From Sedimentisphaeraceae bacterium JB056 (GTDB lineage Bacteria; Planctomycetota; Phycisphaerae; Sedimentisphaerales; Sedimentisphaeraceae): a stretch of 64,000 nucleotides of DNA. Shown piece by piece: positions 60,225 through 64,000 of this stretch. Location of the stretch: positions 14,576 to 78,575 of the forward strand of contig JBITAJ010000024.1 in NCBI GenBank assembly GCA_044440125.1, given 5' to 3'. Numbering within the stretch: the first letter of the stretch is position 1; each line of letters begins with the position of its first letter. A model generated the notes under the pieces. That model had not been told where the DNA came from, did no database searches, and saw only the letters and a list, made by a program, of their open reading frames with translations. Position numbers and translations under genes: made by a program.

Positions 60225-60542
60225 CCGCGTCCCATATCATTTGGATTAAAACATAAGTTTTTGTAGTAAATATGAATAATTCTTATAGAAATTAGGATTG
60301 GAAATAGTAAAAGCCAATTTATGGTAGCTTAAGAAAAATCAAAAAAGATTTAACACTCTCTGTTTTAAGAACACAGAATTTGTTCAACTTAGAACGAGTT
60401 CCACTTATTACCCCATAATACAGCATTTACAGTCGTTTACAAAAACAGAGACTTTTTCCAAACAAGGGTAATTCGATTTCACCACCCCCGATTATTTTTG
60501 TTTTAAGCCAAAAAACTTTCCACATACGCGAATAGAACGGGG
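60225..60542 (+). mobile_element. 318-bp non-autonomous (MITE-like) derivative of the 16723-18438 element
   Basis: 60225-60332 aligns with 16723-16835 and 60325-60542 aligns with 18217-18438; the halves join at TAGC(C/T)TAA. Confidence 0.8.
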
Positions 60543-60760
60543 AGCCAACCAAACCCAAACAAGTTATTGAGCGTCAACAGCAAATGGCTCGAAAAGTGCT
60601 CCTCAGCCGTTTATACTATTGAGGAAAAACTGATTAAACAGAGTAGCTACCCGCTGGATAGGTGATTATGGAGTTGACAAGTTTTTCTAAAGATACTATT
60701 CAACTTCTCCTGTTTAAAATCATTTTGGCAAATGAGATAACCCGTAAACTTATTTATCGC

Positions 60761-61480
60761 TTACCAATTAATGACAAACTCCATATTATCCATATACTCC
60801 TGCGGGATAGTTTCCCAGCTTTCTGGGATGAAGTTCAGGGTTACCTTTGTTTTTGCCGTAGTGCTTTCACGGCAAACCAACTGGCAGAACTCGAGGTGCT
60901 CCAGGGCATCACGAAGCGCTTTGCGGGTTACGCCGCAGTTTTTCGCCAAAGCTGATTCGCTTATGCCAAATTCAGTTGAGTGAATAAGGCTTACTATAAC
61001 CGAAGCCTTGAGCCCGCCAGAAAAAATCGCACGATAATGCAGGTCGGGATTATCTTCCATTACAACAGCAGGCTCTTTGATACTTGCATAGTCAACTCGG
61101 TCAATATGCAACACCACATTCTCAAAATCGCCGCAGGCATTGATCGCAAGATTGAAATGCTCAGTCGAGGCTTCTCGTTTCGCAAAACTGAGCAAGCTCT
61201 TCAATACACCAAGCTTTTCCGGACAAGAAATATCCTTAATAATCCTTGCCAAACGGTGCTTGCATACAATCCGATAACACCTGCAAAGCCAGCTTGCCAC
61301 CGGCACGGTCAGCTTGTTATCACTGACAAAAAACTCAGCCGAATCGACTAATAGCCCCTCTATATCAGCAGTTCTTTCCGCCGGTTTTACGCCAACCTCT
61401 ATGCCGAGTTTCTGCCACTGCGAAAGCGTGGTTTCCGTTTCCGCAAATAAATCCTGCTCGTTCTTGCTAATTCCAGACAT
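60761..61480 (-). CDS. hypothetical protein with C-terminal winged HTH
   Basis: SESALAKNCGVTRKALRDALEHLEFCQLV; GAGG RBS upstream. Confidence 0.55.
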   Translation of the reverse strand: MSGISKNEQDLFAETETTLSQWQKLGIEVGVKPAERTADIEGLLVDSAEFFVSDNKLTVPVASWLCRCYRIVCKHRLARIIKDISCPEKLGVLKSLLSFAKREASTEHFNLAINACGDFENVVLHIDRVDYASIKEPAVVMEDNPDLHYRAIFSGGLKASVIVSLIHSTEFGISESALAKNCGVTRKALRDALEHLEFCQLVCRESTTAKTKVTLNFIPESWETIPQEYMDNMEFVINW

Positions 61481-61653
61481 TTCAAATCCTCATTACTCTT
61501 TCAAAACCTGTATACTATTACTATCCACCTTTTAAAAAGGCATCTTTACTAATCATACGCATAAGTACCTGAAAAGCAAGTGTTTACGTCTAAAATTATG
61601 TTTGTGGAAATTAAAAAATGCGCGCACTTCAAAACAAACTGTGCTTATATAGG

Positions 61654-61700
61654 CTACTGCATCCGCCGCTCGTAAGTCCTTTATTGACAAGGGAGTACCT
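61654..61700 (-). other. lambda-like cos site (cosQ-cosN architecture)
   Basis: AGGTACT-18 nt-TTACG-AGCGGCGGATGC-AGTAG, versus lambda GGGTCCT-18 nt-TTACG-GGGCGGCGACCT (lambda sequence from memory). Confidence 0.6.
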
Positions 61701-61908
61701 TTTTTTAGCTATAATCGCAAATTTACAAAATAGCCGTTTTTAGCCCAATAACGCGGCTTTTATTAAAATTGTGGTTAACACGCAATCCTAAGGCTTTATA
61801 TTGCTCACCGAACCACGCCCGCAAAGGCCGTCTGAGGGCTTGTTTTCGCTACCCATTCATGGTAGCTAATTACCTGCAGACAGCCTCACGCAGGCTTCTC
61901 ACGGGCCT

Positions 61909-62253
61909 CTAAACCTTCTTGGGCAGCTTAGCCCTGATAACGGCGTCAAGCTCCATTATACTCTTACGTCTTGCAGGAAACGCCTCCATAAGCCAATCGG
62001 TTGGCACATAAACGTGCCCGTTCTGCATGACTATGCCTACTGCGTCAAAGCTTGCCATCAGCAGTATCTCCTGTTCGCTGGCATGCATGCCTCCATAGAT
62101 AAAGATCTTCTCACCATCACTGTAGACAGCCAGTTCCCAATCGGTGAATTCTGTATCTACTTTGCAATTAAGCATTGCATCGGGTATTACTTGGTATACT
62201 TCTTTTTGTGGTGATTGCATAAATTTCCCTTTCAATGTTTGCTTGAATTTCAA
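61909..62253 (-). CDS. hypothetical protein
   Basis: 114-aa ORF; likely start at MQSPQ (ATG 62220) after AAGGG. Confidence 0.5.
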   Translation of the reverse strand: MKFKQTLKGKFMQSPQKEVYQVIPDAMLNCKVDTEFTDWELAVYSDGEKIFIYGGMHASEQEILLMASFDAVGIVMQNGHVYVPTDWLMEAFPARRKSIMELDAVIRAKLPKKV

Positions 62254-62480
62254 CTCCGTCTAACTCCAACTTTTTTAGCCCCTCTCACAAATACACACAT
62301 TGGTGTAAGGGTAGGGATAAAAAAGTCGGAGTTAAGTAGTAGTATATATATAAATATATGTTATATCTATTCTTACAATGTTTTAACCCCTGTTTAAACT
62401 CCGACTTTACTCCGACTTTTGGCCTGAAATAAGTATGAGTTAGGCGGAGTTAGACACAAAGCGAGATTTTAACTCCGATA
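62252..62480. repeat. iteron-like repeats around an AT-rich core (putative replication origin)
   Basis: (A/T)ACTCC(G/A) motif at 62252, 62262, 62397, 62408, 62471 (+) and 62321-62333, 62437-62453 (-); AT-rich tract ~62341-62385. Confidence 0.7.
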
Positions 62481-62484
62481 TTTT

Positions 62485-63999
62485 TTAGCACTTGAGTCGG
62501 TATTTGTACTTCATAGGTCCACTGGTGGGTAACTCAGTTTCAATTTTTTGCTGGGCAATAAGTGAGTTGCGGACATCTTCTATCTTCTTCTCTGACCACT
62601 GCAACCGCCTTGCCAGATACCAGTGCGGCATAAATTCAGTTTTCTTCTTGATTTGCCATTTAGTCAGAACTTCTATAACCCTTTTACAATCAGCATCAAA
62701 CTCATTCTCTGCAACATAAAGCTCAGCCATACAAAGCATCCTTCTTGTCTGGAACTCCACTACTGCCCAGGCCCATTCTATAGCTTGAGCCGTTATCTTT
62801 GGTTCCTTATGATTCTCGCTACATGCATAGATCAACGCCAGTTTTCTTACCTTTTCATATGAACGAGCCCAGATCGCCATACGACATTCATCATTGCCGG
62901 ACTGTGCTTTTTCATATTCATCATCTGTTAATTCCCATATCTCCAGAGTTTTTTTAGCTGCATCTGATGTGTCTTCAACCAACATAGGAGCCGGGCAAAA
63001 GCCATTAACAGCACTCATTACTCCACCGGGATTGAATTTAGCCCAATATGATGCAGCTTCTATAATAGAGCTGGGAATATCAACATTCTCAGGCATTCGA
63101 CCTCTGCTTCGCTTACCGGCATCAAACACAAGTGTTCTTGCCAGAAGTCCATTATTGAGCATTCGTGAGCTTAATGCCTTGTAGAAGTATTGAGGCACTG
63201 CAGTACCGAATATGGTCAGAGATGGCTGATATATAACAAGCGGTTCTCCCTGACCTGCTTTCTTTCTCATCTGATATATAGAATTTGAAGAGCTGCTCAT
63301 TTTAAGCAGTATCTGCATCATAATCTCGTGCCTACCATCTCTTGACTTATTTATACTTCCAAGAACTGCATCAAATTCATCTGTCTGAAAGAGCATCGCA
63401 GGATTAACGAACATTGCATCTTCCAATCCCTCGCCTGATGCAAAACTGTCACCAATACCTGCAAGCATGCCTGATAATAATGCAATTTTCGAGTTAACTT
63501 TACGTGGATGATCTTTACCAACTCCGCTATTAGCTAATGCGGCTATATAAATACTGCTTCGTTGATCAGTTGAATCTTTAACCCTTCTGGCTATCGCATA
63601 CGACTGATATGTTATTGCACCGCAAAGGGCAAGTGTCTTGTTAGGGTATGGGGCAGTTCTAAGTGTATAATCAATAATTTCACCAATCATTCCCGGTACT
63701 TTAAGCAGATGATCAGGAAAAGGTTGAGCAAGATCAAAACAGTTATTGTCTTCAATTGAGATAAGTGGGTCACCAGATTGTTCTTCTTTGCAATATTCTG
63801 ATATTTGTGATTGTTCTTTAAGACCGGCCATGAAACCAGATAAGTCTACTCCTCGCTCAAGGTTGCCATAGCCATCAAGTTCAAGAGCTCTTATCGCAGC
63901 AGAGTTATTACCGCCATGTTCGAGCATTGAATAGACAGCAAATTTCGAATATCCCTTATTCTGATCAAAAGGCAATGCATTGCTGCTGAATACATAAAA
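62485..63999 (-). CDS. DUF3987/YfjI-like P-loop primase-helicase of phage/satellite type (5' end outside window)
   Basis: ANSGVGKD Walker A-like, FQTDEF Walker B, LTIFGT, NGLLAR; frame is open to the window edge (FYVFSSNALPF). Confidence 0.78.
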   Translation of the reverse strand, partial: FYVFSSNALPFDQNKGYSKFAVYSMLEHGGNNSAAIRALELDGYGNLERGVDLSGFMAGLKEQSQISEYCKEEQSGDPLISIEDNNCFDLAQPFPDHLLKVPGMIGEIIDYTLRTAPYPNKTLALCGAITYQSYAIARRVKDSTDQRSSIYIAALANSGVGKDHPRKVNSKIALLSGMLAGIGDSFASGEGLEDAMFVNPAMLFQTDEFDAVLGSINKSRDGRHEIMMQILLKMSSSSNSIYQMRKKAGQGEPLVIYQPSLTIFGTAVPQYFYKALSSRMLNNGLLARTLVFDAGKRSRGRMPENVDIPSSIIEAASYWAKFNPGGVMSAVNGFCPAPMLVEDTSDAAKKTLEIWELTDDEYEKAQSGNDECRMAIWARSYEKVRKLALIYACSENHKEPKITAQAIEWAWAVVEFQTRRMLCMAELYVAENEFDADCKRVIEVLTKWQIKKKTEFMPHWYLARRLQWSEKKIEDVRNSLIAQQKIETELPTSGPMKYKYRLKC

Positions 64000-64000
64000 C

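Noticed and set aside
60543..60665. Possible group II intron maturase C-terminal remnant (NSKWLEK...YPLDR*)
   Set aside because: Similarity is too weak and no domain V/VI structure was recognised
285..63184. Numerous 60-140-aa ORFs overlapping long genes on the opposite strand or in other frames
   Set aside because: No recognisable motifs; they are shadows of well-supported CDSs
1..64000. CRISPR array or cas genes
   Set aside because: No regularly spaced 25-45-nt repeats with unique spacers were seen; the 62.3-kb repeats are short and bidirectional

Overview
AT-rich bacterial DNA whose gene content (prepilin/H-X9-DG 'DUF1559-like' proteins, dockerin-like EF-hand repeats ending in W-L-x-C, many glycoside hydrolases) resembles Phycisphaerae planctomycetes; the taxon is an inference. 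There are four blocks. (1) 0.2-15.9 kb is a glucuronide-utilisation locus: GH2 beta-glucuronidase, Na+/solute symporter, serine hydrolase, URO-D/MtaA-like protein, two paralogous uncharacterised secreted proteins, a GntR/LacI hybrid regulator and an oxidoreductase. (2) 16-24.8 kb is a mobile-element pile-up: a truncated IS91 transposase, a 1.7-kb DDE element with long non-coding ends, a DUF2924/large serine recombinase module, an amidoligase-GATase-gamma-glutamylcyclotransferase cassette and IS remnants. (3) 24.9-59.9 kb is a ~35-kb alpha-mannan/mannoside locus (GH92 x2, GH38-like x3, GH125, GxGYxYP x2, two transporters, a second URO-D-like gene) with a XylR-type regulator and three matching activator-site/promoter units. 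(4) 60.2-64 kb holds a 318-bp internally deleted copy of the IS, a lambda-like cosQ/cosN site, an iteron origin and a DUF3987 primase-helicase gene that runs off the window. The most interesting reading is that blocks 2-4 form one cos-bearing, serine-recombinase-integrated phage-like or satellite element whose terminase/virion region is occupied by a glycan-degradation locus. All assignments come from motifs read by eye; no database search was run.
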